A stretch of DNA of 64,000 nt from NCBI GenBank assembly GCA_965112155.1, contig OZ218098.1. One strand, 5' to 3'. Below the pieces are notes generated by a model. The model worked only from the letters and a program-made list of their open reading frames with translations. It was not told the DNA's origin and did no database searches. This document shows, in pieces, positions 14,067 through 26,946 of the stretch; the stretch's first letter is position 1; each line of letters begins with the position of its first letter. The translations under genes were made by a program, and so were the position numbers. The stretch is from Podarcis liolepis (taxonomy: Eukaryota).

Positions 14067-14678
14067 GTAAGCAGAATAATTAAAAAATAAATTATTTTAG
14101 AGTCTGCAGCCTAGCCCTAGGCTAGAATTTGTAAGTCTTGTAAGCAAGCACGGTTCTATGTTGGCATTCTCTGTGATTTGCCATAACAGAGCTCTAGGTG
14201 TATTGTGAATGGGTGGAATGATTCTTGAAAATGACTGTACAGCTATTTAGTTTGGGCTTTTGAGAAATTAATGTCTGTGTTAGGCTGCGTGTTTATATGT
14301 AAAAAAGAGTGGTTTTTCCTGAGAGTGCAGATATGTCTGGGTATGGGACATTTATTCAGTAGGATGCGTGTATACTTCTCATTCACTGGAAGGAACTAAG
14401 AAACTGGTCTACATGAATCAAGCATAAACATTCAAAATCAGAAAATTCAATTAGAATTTCCCTTTAAAAAACTCATTTAACATTGACATTTGTGTTAAAG
14501 CACCCCATGGTTAAACTTGTAATTTTTAAATATTAATTTATAGCACAATATAATAGCTGGTGTTCTTGCCGTTACATAGGTTTTTGTAAAATATGTTTTT
14601 ACTAGGTTCTGTATGAATTGTGGTGCAATTGCAGTAAAGTACATACATCTTTTACATTTTAACTTTTTCCCATTGCAG

Positions 14679-14748
14679 GCCAAAGATCACTAGATTGGAC
14701 TTCAGAAAGAATAAATTAACACTAGTGGTGGTTGAAGATGATGAACAG
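14679..14748 (+). CDS. EPB41L5: EPB41L5 coding exon
   Basis: gcag|...|gtagaa; [23 protein letters not shown]. Confidence 0.95.
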
Positions 14749-15169
14749 GTAGAAGGAAGTCTTTGTTCATCTTGCTTCTATTGTTGTGAGTTAGTTTAAG
14801 CATAAGTATCGTAGCCAAAATAAATTAAGGATGGTTGTGGGTGATAACGTAAACATTTTTCCTATTGATTGTAATAGGCACTTAGTGAAAATTATTGTTT
14901 GAAAGTGAATAGTGACCTGTCATATTCTGAAGAGACTGTCCTTAAAATTTATTTTTCTACCCAAGAATGAATAATGAATAACTATTACAGATAGTTGAAA
15001 CATTTACCTAATTGTTGAAACATAATATCATTTTAACACCAACAGGCATTGTTCATCTTCTTGAAGTAACACAGTGTTACTTGATCTCCTCCACATACAG
15101 TATTAGTATTCTTGTATTCTATTCTTCCACCAAGTTACTCAAGCCAGCACTCGTTTGTTCATCTGCCAC

Positions 15170-15330
15170 CCCCTCCAACTTTATCCTCATAATAGTCCAA
15201 TGAGATATAGGCTGAAAGTTACAAGCCTAAGATCAATCACTCAGTGAGAGCATCATGGCTGAATGAGGATTTTAACCTGGCTGCTTCTCCCAGGCTAGGG
15301 TTCAGTATTCTAATCACTAATAATACACTG
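15170..15330 (-). mobile_element. old Squam3/MIR-like SINE remnant (approximate ends)
   Basis: diverged similarity to the 34963-35183 copy. Confidence 0.5.
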
Positions 15331-16197
15331 GATTTCAAGAGTGATCTTTAAGTTTCTACCAATAGTATGTGAGGTTTCTTCCTCTTTGCATTTGGTAAGG
15401 CATATTGCTACAGAAGCAGCACTACCGTTCTTTGTTTATATTAAGTATGGAGAAATTTGGCTGACTTTGTATTACTTCCAAGTAAAAATATGTTAGACTT
15501 TAAGTGCCTAATTAGTGTGTGTTGATTGATTTGGTAAAGAAACTAGAAAATCAGCCTAAGGGAAGGCAGATTGTAAACACTGGTACTCCAAGCCTTCTTT
15601 AAAAAGAAGTAAAAAATGGTTTTAATAAATAAATGTCAACTATCTTGAACAAACCACTTGGAAAATAGAAATGCAATCTTTTGCATTCTGTTTGTCTTCT
15701 TCTTGTCAGGCTACTCAAGTTGTTGAAAACCATTATTCTCCTCCCCACTCCCAATCCGCAGTCAGCACAAAGTATAGCAGCTCCTATGTCAAGAAGGCAA
15801 CATATCGCTCAGCAAGGTCACATGTCTTCAGTTGTGGCTTGGCATTTTTAAAGAAGTTGTGCAGTTTTCCCTTTAAGTGACTAGCGCTGTATAACATGTT
15901 TTATAATTGTAATGCTTTTTTCTGTCTTAATAACAAAAAAGATAAACTGATCCTCTGCTATTTATATTTTATCTCTCTGGCTTATTCTGTGTCAAGGAAA
16001 CAGGAAGAACTTGTTATATCAGTAATGCTATAAAATATTGAGAGCACATTGTTCTTTTCAGTATTTTATAACATTCTTGGTTGAACTTACCTTTGAGTTA
16101 TGGGTTCTATGAATGCCTGCAATTCATGACTCTAGCTGCGATAATCTGAAGGTAGCATCCATAGTAGTTTTCTAAATGCTCCTTTTCCCCCCCTAAG

Positions 16198-16367
16198 GGC
16201 AAGGAGCAGGAGCACACTTTTGTCTTTAGGCTGGATCACCCAAAGGCCTGCAAACATTTGTGGAAATGTGCAGTCGAGCATCATGCCTTCTTCCGCCTCC
16301 GTGGACCCGTCCAAAAAGGTTCCAGTCGGTCAAGCTTCATTCGGCTAGGGTCAAGGTTCAGATACAG
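16198..16367 (+). CDS. EPB41L5: EPB41L5 coding exon (end of FERM, start of FA region)
   Basis: taag|...|gtcagc; [57 protein letters not shown]. Confidence 0.96.
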
Positions 16368-17546
16368 GTCAGCAGTCTCTTTTGTTCAATGCCTTCTTCC
16401 CTGACTTTTTCTCAGATAAGGCACAGTAAAGAAAGCTGGTCCGTGGTTTTGTTTGTAGTAGTCACTACTCTAGATTCCTATTGGCATAAAGGGAAAGTAT
16501 TGAAAGAGGCACTTAGCTCAGTCAAAATAGTCTGTAGGCATGGAAAATCTGCCGCGTGTTAAGCCTTTCTGCTGCTGTGTTCTGCGAAATACCAAAGCCT
16601 AACTTTTACCTTGGCCAAATCCAGAAAAGACTGAATTTCTAGATCTCGTGATTAGAGAAAGAAGCCTGAACTGTTTTTGCATATGCTTATTTATTGGAGG
16701 AAATGGATCTGTAGTTACTCAGCTCGAGTATACATCCTTCCCTACTTTCCCTCCCCCATTTAGGGGATAAAGCATTAAAAAACATTAAACTGAGCCCATG
16801 AACAGATTGGTAGTCAGGGGAGTCAATGTAATATTGGTGTCTTCAGTTCTGATGATTGGGCTCCTGTCAGCAGTTCAGCTGCTCATTTTGAACCAATTAA
16901 GTTCCCAAATGCTTTTCAAAGGAAGCACAGTGTGGAACACATTACACAGTGATATAAGATGGTTGTAACCATTGGATATGGAACTGTGGCCATTTCTCTT
17001 CTCCAGTAGTTATAGCTGGCTCACCAGTTGAAACTGTATTGAAAAGGGCTATGTCAAAGAGCACTCCCATTCTACAAAACTGCTCTAGTAGGTACTAGTG
17101 AATCCTTGCGTTTTCTCCACCGTGTCTTTTGGCTGACTCGCACACAAAGTGTAGAGATGATTTAATGAAAGTGGGGGTAAAGTTTAGCTTCTACAGATGT
17201 AGATTTTTGTGGTGAAACTGATATTTTTGGCACAAAATATATACAGTTGCAGTAATTATCAGCTGAGTGCACATGGACTATGGTTTTCATCCTATTCACG
17301 TTTCTTGTTTCATTCCATTTTTCCTTGTCTCTGTTTTGTTCTTGGATTTTATACTATATCATCTGGTAAGGATCATGTCTGTTTAATATGATTAGAGAAA
17401 CTAATAGTATGTATATGACTGGCTTTAAATAAAACAAAAGCACATGAGAACTAAGCGTTTAGAAGAGCAAGGATAATTGGGTGCTGTCGCTTACATCAGC
17501 TTTTCAAATATAAATGTTTTCTCTTGTTCTTTCTACTTCAATCTAG

Positions 17547-17653
17547 TGGGAAAACAGAGTACCAGACAACAAAGACCAACAAAGCCAGACGATCGGCATC
17601 TTTTGAAAGAAGGCCCAGCAAGCGATACTCAAGGAGAACGCTACAAATGAGAG
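17547..17653 (+). CDS. EPB41L5: EPB41L5 coding exon (FA domain)
   Basis: ctag|...|gtagct; [35 protein letters not shown]. Confidence 0.95.
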
Positions 17654-18519
17654 GTAGCTTGACTCATTGGTAGGCGGTGCCACTCGACTTGATCCAAATT
17701 ACTACTTTGACTTACACTAACTAACAGAATACCTGATCCCCATGCTGTAGCTTAAACTGTTTTTGAAACTAAAAGGTGCTTAATAACTATTGTGGCATGA
17801 GTGTAGAGCCTGGTGTTTCAGAATATCAAATCCACCCCCTTGAGTTCCTAGAGCCAGTGTCTTTGGATCCTTGCCTGTTCTACAAACAGCATACAATATT
17901 GTTAATGGGGCAATTGCCTGGACTTTCCTTCCCTGTCTTCCGACTTATCCATTGTATTTACTAGGGCTGTGCCAGGCACCCGCAGTTCGGCTCAGGGCCC
18001 AATTGGTGATCCTGATCATGCTCAATCTGGGCTATGAGCTGGACTTGGGGCCTTTCATAGTTCTAATGTTTATTCAGCATTTGAAACCCTAATGAACCAT
18101 GTGTTTGATGACAAGGGGACTCTTACCTGCATCATCTTCTCTCCCCCACCTGTTGCTGCCTGAACACCCTCTCCCCTTTTGGCAACCCTAGACCACTCCA
18201 GGTGAACCCAGGGTGCTTGGGGCTGCTTCAGCCCAGTCTAGACAAATCATGGATCTGCCAGAATCCATTTGGAATCTTGGATTTGTCTGGACTGTATGCA
18301 AGGCCCTAGTATTTAGTAGAAGTGTCTGTGAAAGGTGGTAAAGCTGCATGGTAGGTAACCCTGCAAATAGTATATACCTATTTCCCCGTACATTCTAAGT
18401 TTTAGTCTGTTTTAAAATGTGTCCCTAACACTTTGCACAAGTATCTTTGGAAAAAAATAATGCAAGCTTTTTGATATTGTGTAATTGATATATTGGACAA
18501 TTTTTTTGTTTTATTACAG

Positions 18520-18547
18520 GAAACACTCATAAATCTGAAGAAACTAG
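18520..18547 (+). CDS. EPB41L5: EPB41L5 28-nt coding exon
   Basis: acag|...|gtaaga; GNTHKSEETS; bridges phase 1 to phase 2 as required by its neighbours. Confidence 0.85.
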
Positions 18548-19181
18548 GTAAGAGGACCTGTCGGCATTAGGCTTCCACAGTAAAGATTTATTCCATGAAT
18601 ATGTCTTGGTCATCTCTATAGGATTATCAGGAATATTCTCTGATAATATGTTAAAAGCCCCTTTCCTGTTGCTTACGTATTTTTTCATGAATTAGACACC
18701 ATTCAAATTAAACAGTAAAACTCATGCAAGGCAGAGAGCTTAAAAGCTCTTTCCATGCCACATTTTCCTGCCATAGAAAGAGCTTTGTAAGCTCTGCCTT
18801 GCTTACCAGGCTCTGGGAAGGTCTTGCACAGACTCTGGAGATCTCACAAGACCTTGGGATAACCCTGCAAGATTTCCCAGGAGTCCACAACCTCCCAGTG
18901 CCCAGTACGCAAAGCCTGTTTGGTGTGCTGGCTTTGGAAATGTAGGCATGGTCACACTGGGCTTGTTCTGACTGTACACAATTTTGTCTTCACATGCTAC
19001 CCCCCAGAGTGTAACCCCCCCCCCCCCCCAGGATACGATCCTACTGTACTTATTTTTTTACTCCTTTTCTTAGTTGGTGAAAGAGGTAGGTAGCCTCATG
19101 GGAGTCTGCCATCTTCCCTCTACTTATTTTTAATGGTGGTATTAGGATATCATGGTATGTTCATCCTAGTATGTTCATCCA

Positions 19182-19446
19182 GAGAGCCAGTGTGGTGTAG
19201 TGGTTAAGAGCGGTAGTCACGTAATCTGGGTAACCGGGTTCGCGTCTCCGCTCCTCCACATGCAGCTGCTGGGTGACCTTGGGCCAGTCACACTTCTATG
19301 AAGTCTCTCAGCCCCACTCACCTCACAGAGTGTTTGTTGTGGGGGAGGAAGGGAAAGGAGAATGTTAGCCGCTTTGAGACTCCTGAAGGGGAGTGAAAGG
19401 CGGGATATCAAATCCAAACTCTTCTTCTTCTTCTTCTTCTTCTTCT
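19182..19446 (+). mobile_element. tRNA-derived SINE, Squam3-like, with (CTT)n tail
   Basis: A box TGGTGTAGTGG, B box GGTTCGCGTCT, (CTT)n tail, CpGs retained. Confidence 0.85.
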
Positions 19447-20100
19447 AGAGCTAATCAATTCTATGTTTGACTATGCATGTTAATTAACATTGCTGATTAA
19501 AATTGATTTTAAAAGATGCATGTCGTTTCACTGAAAGCAGTGAATTTTTTGCTGTTGTTGAAAGAAGTGCTCTTTCATACCTGCTTTTTATGGTGTGGTG
19601 TTTGACTTAACAGATCTGTGCAAGTTAGCTTCATGTGGAAACCACAACAACCATGCCTTGATGGAACTGGAAACATACACAGATAAGATAAATTAATGTG
19701 TTTTGGTTCCAGGCATCAGGGCTCAGTATTTCACTCTTACCATCGTTGAAAATTTGGCTTTGATTTATTGCACTCCTACCCCTGTTCATCCAGATTGATA
19801 AGACTTGCCTTGATAAGTTCTGCCTACCAGAACTTCATATGGATTATGATGGCTTAGGAAAAAGTCCAGCATATGTGTGAGCATATGTGTAAAACAGTCA
19901 AAGTAAGGGCTGCTTTGGAGTCAAGTGATGCATACAAATGTAAATACAGAAAATGCTGGTTTGGCCTCAGTTTTATTTATTTATTAATGTCCCTGTTGCT
20001 GATCCTACTTGGAGCTGGCAGACCCAGATAAGCCTTAAAATCCTAACAGTTTGATCTTTGATAAATTAACTTTAAACTATTGGTTTTTTCCCCATTTCAG

Positions 20101-20143
20101 CCTTCCAAATAATGTTTTCAGCCAAAATAATGGATCACAGCAA
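20101..20143 (+). CDS. EPB41L5: EPB41L5 coding exon
   Basis: ttcag|...|gtaagt; LPNNVFSQNNGSQQ. Confidence 0.9.
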
Positions 20144-20408
20144 GTAAGTTTGTCTAAGCTGTTTACTTAACATTTTTCTAAGTCTTTGCGTCAAAAGTAA
20201 ACTAATCTCAAATGCAGTTGCCTTGACCTCAGAATTTAGAACCTGTAGTAAATGGAAAGTTGGATCATTTGGTTCTCTTGGCCATAAATGTTAAGCTAAT
20301 ATGAAAATTTACAAACCAAAGTAGAAAACCTTGTGTTCTCATTTTCAAGGCTTAAAAAACCCCAATGAAGGCAAAACTACATTTTTGCTTTGTATTTTGT
20401 CTTTCAAG

Positions 20409-20524
20409 AACTGGAGTGCAATGCCCGCCCTACCCTCAGTTACAGCAGCTCCTTCTGGGCCAGTCTTAGTTGAAATAGAAAATCTCCCACGGAGTCCCGG
20501 GACCAGCCAGCAAGACAAGAAATG
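20409..20524 (+). CDS. EPB41L5: EPB41L5 last exon shared by short and long isoforms
   Basis: tcaag|...TG|gtgcgt; [38 protein letters not shown]. Confidence 0.9.
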
Positions 20525-23500
20525 GTGCGTCACTCTGGTCTCACTTTGCTCTGATTTGGAAATGATGAGTTATTGGTCATTTCACATACCTTTCCTGCAA
20601 CTGATATTGTTCATATTTGTGTCTTCTAAGAAGAATATATTGTTGTGGGGGTCATAGATTGTTCTTTTCAGCCTAATTTGGATACTTTGTCAATTCATAA
20701 TTTGCAGTCCCAGTGTTGCTGGGTAGCACCTTGCTATTCTGCACCCTCATTATGTGCTCCCGCAGTGAAGTGAGTTGAATGACTTGTCCTTCAACCAGGA
20801 TTGTGCTCTAAGCTCTGGCCAGATGAGAAAAGCCATACTTTTCATTACTGCAGGCTTTTCTTCAAAAAAATTTATAAAACCATCAAGCTTCACAGCTGCA
20901 GGTTTGTTTTTTGCAGTGACCAGGAGGGGTTCACTTAAGAAAATGGAAAAGGTTGCAAATAAGAGCTTATATTTCATTTAAATTCCTTTTACTGATGGTC
21001 CAGGCTCTGGCTATCCATCAAGATAAGACCATATTACTTAACTTTCAGCCCCATTCTGGCTCAAAAATATTTTTTGCTTCAAAGGGGACAATTTAATCTT
21101 GGAGAAAAACTTTTAATTCTCTCAGACACTTTGAAAAACTGCAGGATTACAATGCAGTAGACTTAAAATTTATCTTAGGCTGTTCCATCCATGCAGTGAA
21201 CCTTTGACATGTGATCCTAATCTGATTTGCTTTTGTACAACTTATTTATTTGATCTCATTTAATTTGTATGCTATTTAATTGTAAAGAAACATACTTTGA
21301 AGTGGTTATAACAGTGATACAGCAAGTATCGCTAATTTGTGGTCCTAATTGTTCAGATGTATTTGTCTTTTATGCAAACTTAGCTAATTGTATCTGTTGA
21401 CTTAAAAATGCTCTTGACTTTGGCTTTATATCTTGAAGCTGTTCTGAGCTATGATCAAAAACATAATCAAAAGGTGCTTTCTCTTTTCTCTTGCCCTTGA
21501 TTTATCCAGTGTCTGAAATTGGAGGTTTTTCTCTTGAGCTCTTGGTTGCTCTGTCAGTTTCTTCCTTCCCACTGGTGGTGATTGTAAGGTGGTGATACTT
21601 TATTTTTTAAATTCTGTTTTGCCTTATTGGTATGATGGCCTGTCTTGCATAAGCTCAGTATAACTGCTGTGCACATGCTTTTTGGTAACATTCTTGTGTG
21701 TGGTCTTTAGACTCCAGCTCCAAACAGCTCTGACTATGCTTTAACAGCCTTCTAGCGATTTATCAAGGAGTTGCTGCTTCTAAGAATATAAATGGTGTAT
21801 TTAGAAATGTGCACAGCAGTGATTGTGCTGTGAATTGCAGAATTTGGAAAACTTCAATTTGCTCCCGTTCTCCTCCTAAAATGGGTGGGGAGCTGTGGAC
21901 CTCCAGATGATGTTAAACTCCAAATCCCATTACCCCAAACTGTTACAGTCAGTGATCAGGGATGGTGGGAGTTGCAGTCCAGCATCATATTGCTCGAGAG
22001 GTTTTCCCTTTTTTATACCCAGTACAATTGCGGAGAAAAGTAAGTGTGTGGTAACTTCAATTAAGGCTATTGCTACATGTAGTTCCCTTCATTAATATTA
22101 ATTAAAATTTCAAAGTGTGTATAATCACATATAGTATATACAACATCTCTTCCACTGAGAGAAATTGCCAATTTGGCTTCCCACCACAAGAGCCTGCTGT
22201 AAAATAGGCATATATGACTCAATAGGGCGGTCAGATACAAAAGACAGCAGAGTGCCTGCACTTTTAATAGCTGTGTAAAAGAAGGAATTAATTATAGCAG
22301 GTACAGTTGGTTGCCCTAGATATACATATGAGCTACACACTCCTTTACCACTGCTATGTAAAAAAGGACCATTTTGGAAGTACGGTAGCTGTTACGAGCT
22401 ACAGAAACCTTAATAGATAAGAAAGGGTTGTTTTTCACCATAGTTCCTGTTTCATCAACCCCTGGATATTATAGCTTTTCCATCCATGTGTTGCAGTGGT
22501 CTATTCCAGACCTTAGTGGCACAAGGAGAACTTTTCAACTGTAGCAGACGTGCATGTTCGATAAAACTTGTCACACAACCTGTCTGTTTATCCTCGCCCT
22601 GTGTGCCTATACTGGCTCTGGGCGCTTGGAGGAAAACATGGACCATGTGTTCAGAACTTCAGGTGTAAGTTCGCTTCAGCAGTAGCCCAGTATGTGATAT
22701 GGGCAGTATATTGAGTAGATCCTACATCACCTTGGGATTTTATGGGGAAATCTGCATTCTTCCATTTCAGAATTAAATATTCATCAAGCAGCCTACATTT
22801 TTGTTATTCTGCATGGTACGGCCCAGTTCACAGATGATGTTAAAACATTAGTTTAATGCAAACATTAAATGCTCATTTTTGGCTTACTCCTCATAGTAAG
22901 CCACCAGTGATGGTTCTTGCACAGCACTAAGCCAACATCTGGTTTTGTTTAATGGTGGAACAGCACAGCAGCAGTGGGAGAGGAGTAAAATGGACACTCA
23001 TGAGAATCCTGCCCCAGTATGCTGCTTGTTCACATTAAACAGGTGTTTGTTTCTAACCATGATTTAATGTTATTCATGAACTCGGCATGTATGTATGCAT
23101 TTTAACAGGTTGTGCTGCTATTCTCAGGGGTCAGGGGAAGGGGAAGCAGTAAAGAATTGTTTGGAGCTGTATGGTCAGTCAAGTGTGTTGCGTTCAGTCT
23201 GAAGTTTGGAATGAGATTAAGCTGGATGCATTGATGGAATGTGTGTCTCTGCTTGGAGGAGAGCGACTTGAATGTCTCGATGCTGCCTATGGGGCTTTCC
23301 TGCATCAACTCTTATCCCTTTTAATTGGTCTGGTCCCACAGCTTGGCTTTGGTCTTGCTCCTTTCACTTCATCAGCCTTCTTTAGAGAATTTTTATTTAA
23401 GCTCAAAATTGTTAGAACTATGGTGCATTGAACTTCTTAATTTGGTAAAGGATCTGAACATTTTTAAAGGAATGGTTCTTTGCATGTATAGAAACGTGGC

Positions 23501-26305
23501 TGTGTTTCATTATGTCATTTTTAGACATAATTTGAGCTGCAGTGCTGACAGTGCCACTCAAAAGGATAAGCAATGCAACACCATTCAGAGAGTTTACTAT
23601 GAGTTCACATTTTTTATTGTGGAGGTTCCTAATCTATTGATTGTGAAGACAAGGATATTCAGTGTAAACTCCAAAGTTAGGTTTGCACTTAGGTTTTACA
23701 GGATTGTCAAGGTTAATTCCTGATCATAAGGCACTATTGAAATCTTGCTCTGTGTTTAAGGGGCGAATGAGCAGCCTGTGTCTTCTCAAATTCACATTCA
23801 ATTTTAAACATGTTTGTTGCTGCCTTGATAGTGGAACAGAGCAGATGTGGGGCTAGGATGTCAGGTGCTGGTGATCCATCTTCAGGGATTACCAGTTCCC
23901 ATGAGAACAAAGAATAGGGCCATCTTGAGCAGACCTGCCCAGATGTTCCAAGTTCCACTCCTACCCTCCATTAGGCTAATAGACATTAGTCTAGGCTAAC
24001 AGTGTGAACACCTGTAGGGCCTTGTGTAGCTGTACATGCAAAGACTTCCACAAACTCTGGAACCCTGAAATTTATTGCTGGCAGCCATTATGATGAGCTG
24101 TTCATAAAATAAAGGTGGTGTTTGAATTCATACGGCAATGAACCAGATCCTCAACATAAGAAACAGGAGTTGATTTGATTTGAAATTGCTTCTAAAGAAG
24201 GCTTCTTTGCAATAGGCTTGGTATCTTGCATGCTTTTCAAATCTCCTTTACTCTGATGTGCATATTCTTCCTGCGATGCTGCTTGATTGCATAGTGATGC
24301 GATTTTAGTGGAACATTACAACAGAACTGTCATACTGTATTTTCCAAAATGGAAAAGTTGATCAGTAGCAGTCTCACAACCATACTGATAGGCTTTCCCC
24401 CAGTCTTCCTTGGATAGTTGTTGTACTGTCAGTAGAACTACAGGCTTTAGGGCACAAGCTTTGAATATGGTTAAATATTCAGCACACACATATACATGCG
24501 TACACCCACACACTCCAGAAACCAGCCAAAGACTATCAGATACTCAAACTAGCTAAGAAAAAAACCCTGAGAAAACTCCCCTCGTGTATACAGTAGCACC
24601 AAAAGTGGCATGGTACTGTTGAAAATAATAGTTATGACTGTTACTAATTATTAGATTGAAGGATTTAAGAATTCTAAAAGTCTTGTTCAGTTGAGTTGTC
24701 TTCCTTAGCTGGCTTTGGCAGCAACACTCAATTCAATCAAGTGTTCTGATCAAATTTAGTAGGAGTAAGTGTGGGAGACAGGAAGCCAAGCAAAGGTTTT
24801 TACTAATCTCCTGCATTCTTAGGCAGTTTCCTGGTCAAAACCCCCACAGGCATTATAGTTATCTTTTGCTGTCATCCAAAATGGGCCTTCCTAAGTTTTC
24901 TTTGAACACACTAAGCTTTTAGGAAGTGCTTCATTCCATTTTAAAATCAGTGGTTATGCCAATAGGTAGGTGTAGAAGTTCAGATCTATAGATGCATTAA
25001 TGCAGTTAATTTAAAAATACTTATTATTAGGAAATTTGGAATTCAGAACATAAAAGAATGTGATTCTGAATCCAGCTAAAAAGCAAATATTAAGGAACCA
25101 AGTGTCCAAGATATCTTCAATATGGAGCAACTCCAGCTATGCTCATAGGCATTAATTAGCAGTAGAGCGGAGGAGGAAAAACTAGCCCTTCCTCTTTCTG
25201 AAGCGCTAAAGATTTTCTGTCATAACAAGATGGTTTTCCAAGACCATGCATTAATCAGAACTGGGCAAGTCCAGGACAGCTTCATTCATTAACACACTGT
25301 GTCTGCGTTAATGTTGAAAATTGCGCATATCTAAGAAGATTGATTTTGCAATTTCCTAAAATGAAATTTGGGCACAGAAAAAATGGCAGAAACCATGCCA
25401 AGCAAGCAGGATCCAGATCAGTTAATTCTGAATAACATGTGCATGAAATACTCTTGTTTTTCCCTGGCCATGTTCGCATGCCATGTTAAACCATGGTTTA
25501 AGCATTATTTGGATAAGCCTTCCTGAGCTCAGAGCGTCAGGCTTCTGCATTTTCCCCCTCCCCTCACTTGTGCAACAAGGATGAGGACTTCTGCTGTGTT
25601 ATCTTTGCTGTTTACCATTGCATATGAACCAGAGGTCCTGGTTTAAAACAAACAATACAGTAATTAGTTACACACGCAAACTTCATAATCCATGGTTTGA
25701 AGTTGACTTGTTCAGAAACTAGTCATGCGAACTGGGCCACAGTGTTTATGGTGAGCTTCTTCATCATTCTTCTTTGCTTCAGAGTCAAAAACTATTTTCT
25801 GATATGTCAAAGTAGTTCTCCTGTTAAGAATAGTATGTTTGTCCTAAATGTTTAGCAGTGTCATTTAAATCCTTTAACGCTGCTGTGCCTATCAGGTATT
25901 TTGCTTAAAGAAGGAATATAGTGTCAAGCCTGCACATTTAGGCAAATCTATAGCCATTCATATTATAGTAAGCCATGATAAGCCAGTGGGCTGGATAGGT
26001 ATCTGCATTCATTTCTAATTTCATTTTCTGTATGGAGTAGATGCCATATGAAAAAGTGGGGGAGTATTCAAATTAACTGTTGCATTGGTCACCCTGAAAC
26101 CAGCATGACGTCGTAGCAGCGGTGGAGGGTTTGACTTGACAGTCCACAGTTTCATTTCATTAAACCACGCATTGTGCTTGCTGCTAAACAAGTTTGTTCT
26201 TGCTAGTCTGCCACTTCCTCAGCTACCTCTTGCTCCTTCCATTCTCTCTCCTCATTTGTGTCTAGATACTAACTGTGCCTCATCCCATTCCCCAAACCAA
26301 TCCAG

Positions 26306-26492
26306 GCCCCATGATGCTGGTGACTGCTGTCAACGTGGTGGAAGTGCATGGAACGCGTGGTCCCCACCCTCGGCCCACTCAGTGGATAGACACCACTACC
26401 GTGACTTTGTCCGTGACCGCAATGTGAAGAATGCAGGAATGTACAGACAGGCTTTGGGTTCTGGTGTCCAAACCTCTGTTACTGACCTGTAG
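26306..26492 (+). CDS. EPB41L5: EPB41L5 alternative terminal exon (short isoform C-terminus)
   Basis: TACTAAC 26267-26273, then first AG at 26304-26305; phase 2 gives WPHDAGDCCQRGGSAWN...DFVRDRNVKNAG...SVTDL*; resembles my recollection of the mammalian short-isoform tail (DCCQRGG...NVKNAG...TEI). Confidence 0.85.
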
Positions 26493-26940
26493 GACTTTTG
26501 ACCTTTAGGAAGCCTTGATTGTTCCCTGTGACACCCTGGAACTTTGAAGGACAGGAGAAGACATCTTTTAAAAATAATTAACCTATGTGCTGAAACACCT
26601 GAATATGAAGGAATAGCTTTCTAGGTATTTCTCTTTCCACTTAAGAGAAAATACCTTAAGTTTTTTCTTAGTGGAAGAAAGGTTTAAATAGCTTCCTTGG
26701 TTGTAACAAAGCTGCATATTCTAACCATAGAAACTATATTTTGTTCTCAAAGTGTTTCAAGTAAGCATAGCTACCATGAGCAGTTTAATTGTGCTTGACA
26801 TGATCTTTTAACTGTTTTATATTTTTTAAAAATAGAGGAGATGGCAACTGGCAGGTGAAGGCTGCTCCTTTTTAGTTCTTCTGCACTTTTAATAATGTGC
26901 CTAACTGGATATTAAATAGAATTATACTTTTGATATTAAA

Positions 26941-26946
26941 AATAAA
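26941..26946 (+). terminator. candidate polyadenylation signal for the short EPB41L5 isoform
   Basis: AATAAA about 450 nt after the TAG, directly preceded by ATTAAA. Confidence 0.45.

Noticed and set aside
21500-21800. UGG-rich segment with AG acceptors (21509, 21710)
   Set aside because: Both give stops within 2 codons in the required phase; it might be an ESRP-type regulatory region, but the sequence alone cannot support that.
23171-23723. 86-aa and 132-aa hydrophobic ORFs as another EPB41L5 terminal exon
   Set aside because: The 86-aa ORF has an in-frame TAA at 23150; I found no convincing phase-2 acceptor or recognisable homology for either.
26261-26266. Upstream AG with a strong pyrimidine tract as the short-exon acceptor
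   Set aside because: It would create an immediate TG|A stop, and the TACTAAC branch point lies downstream of it, favouring 26306.
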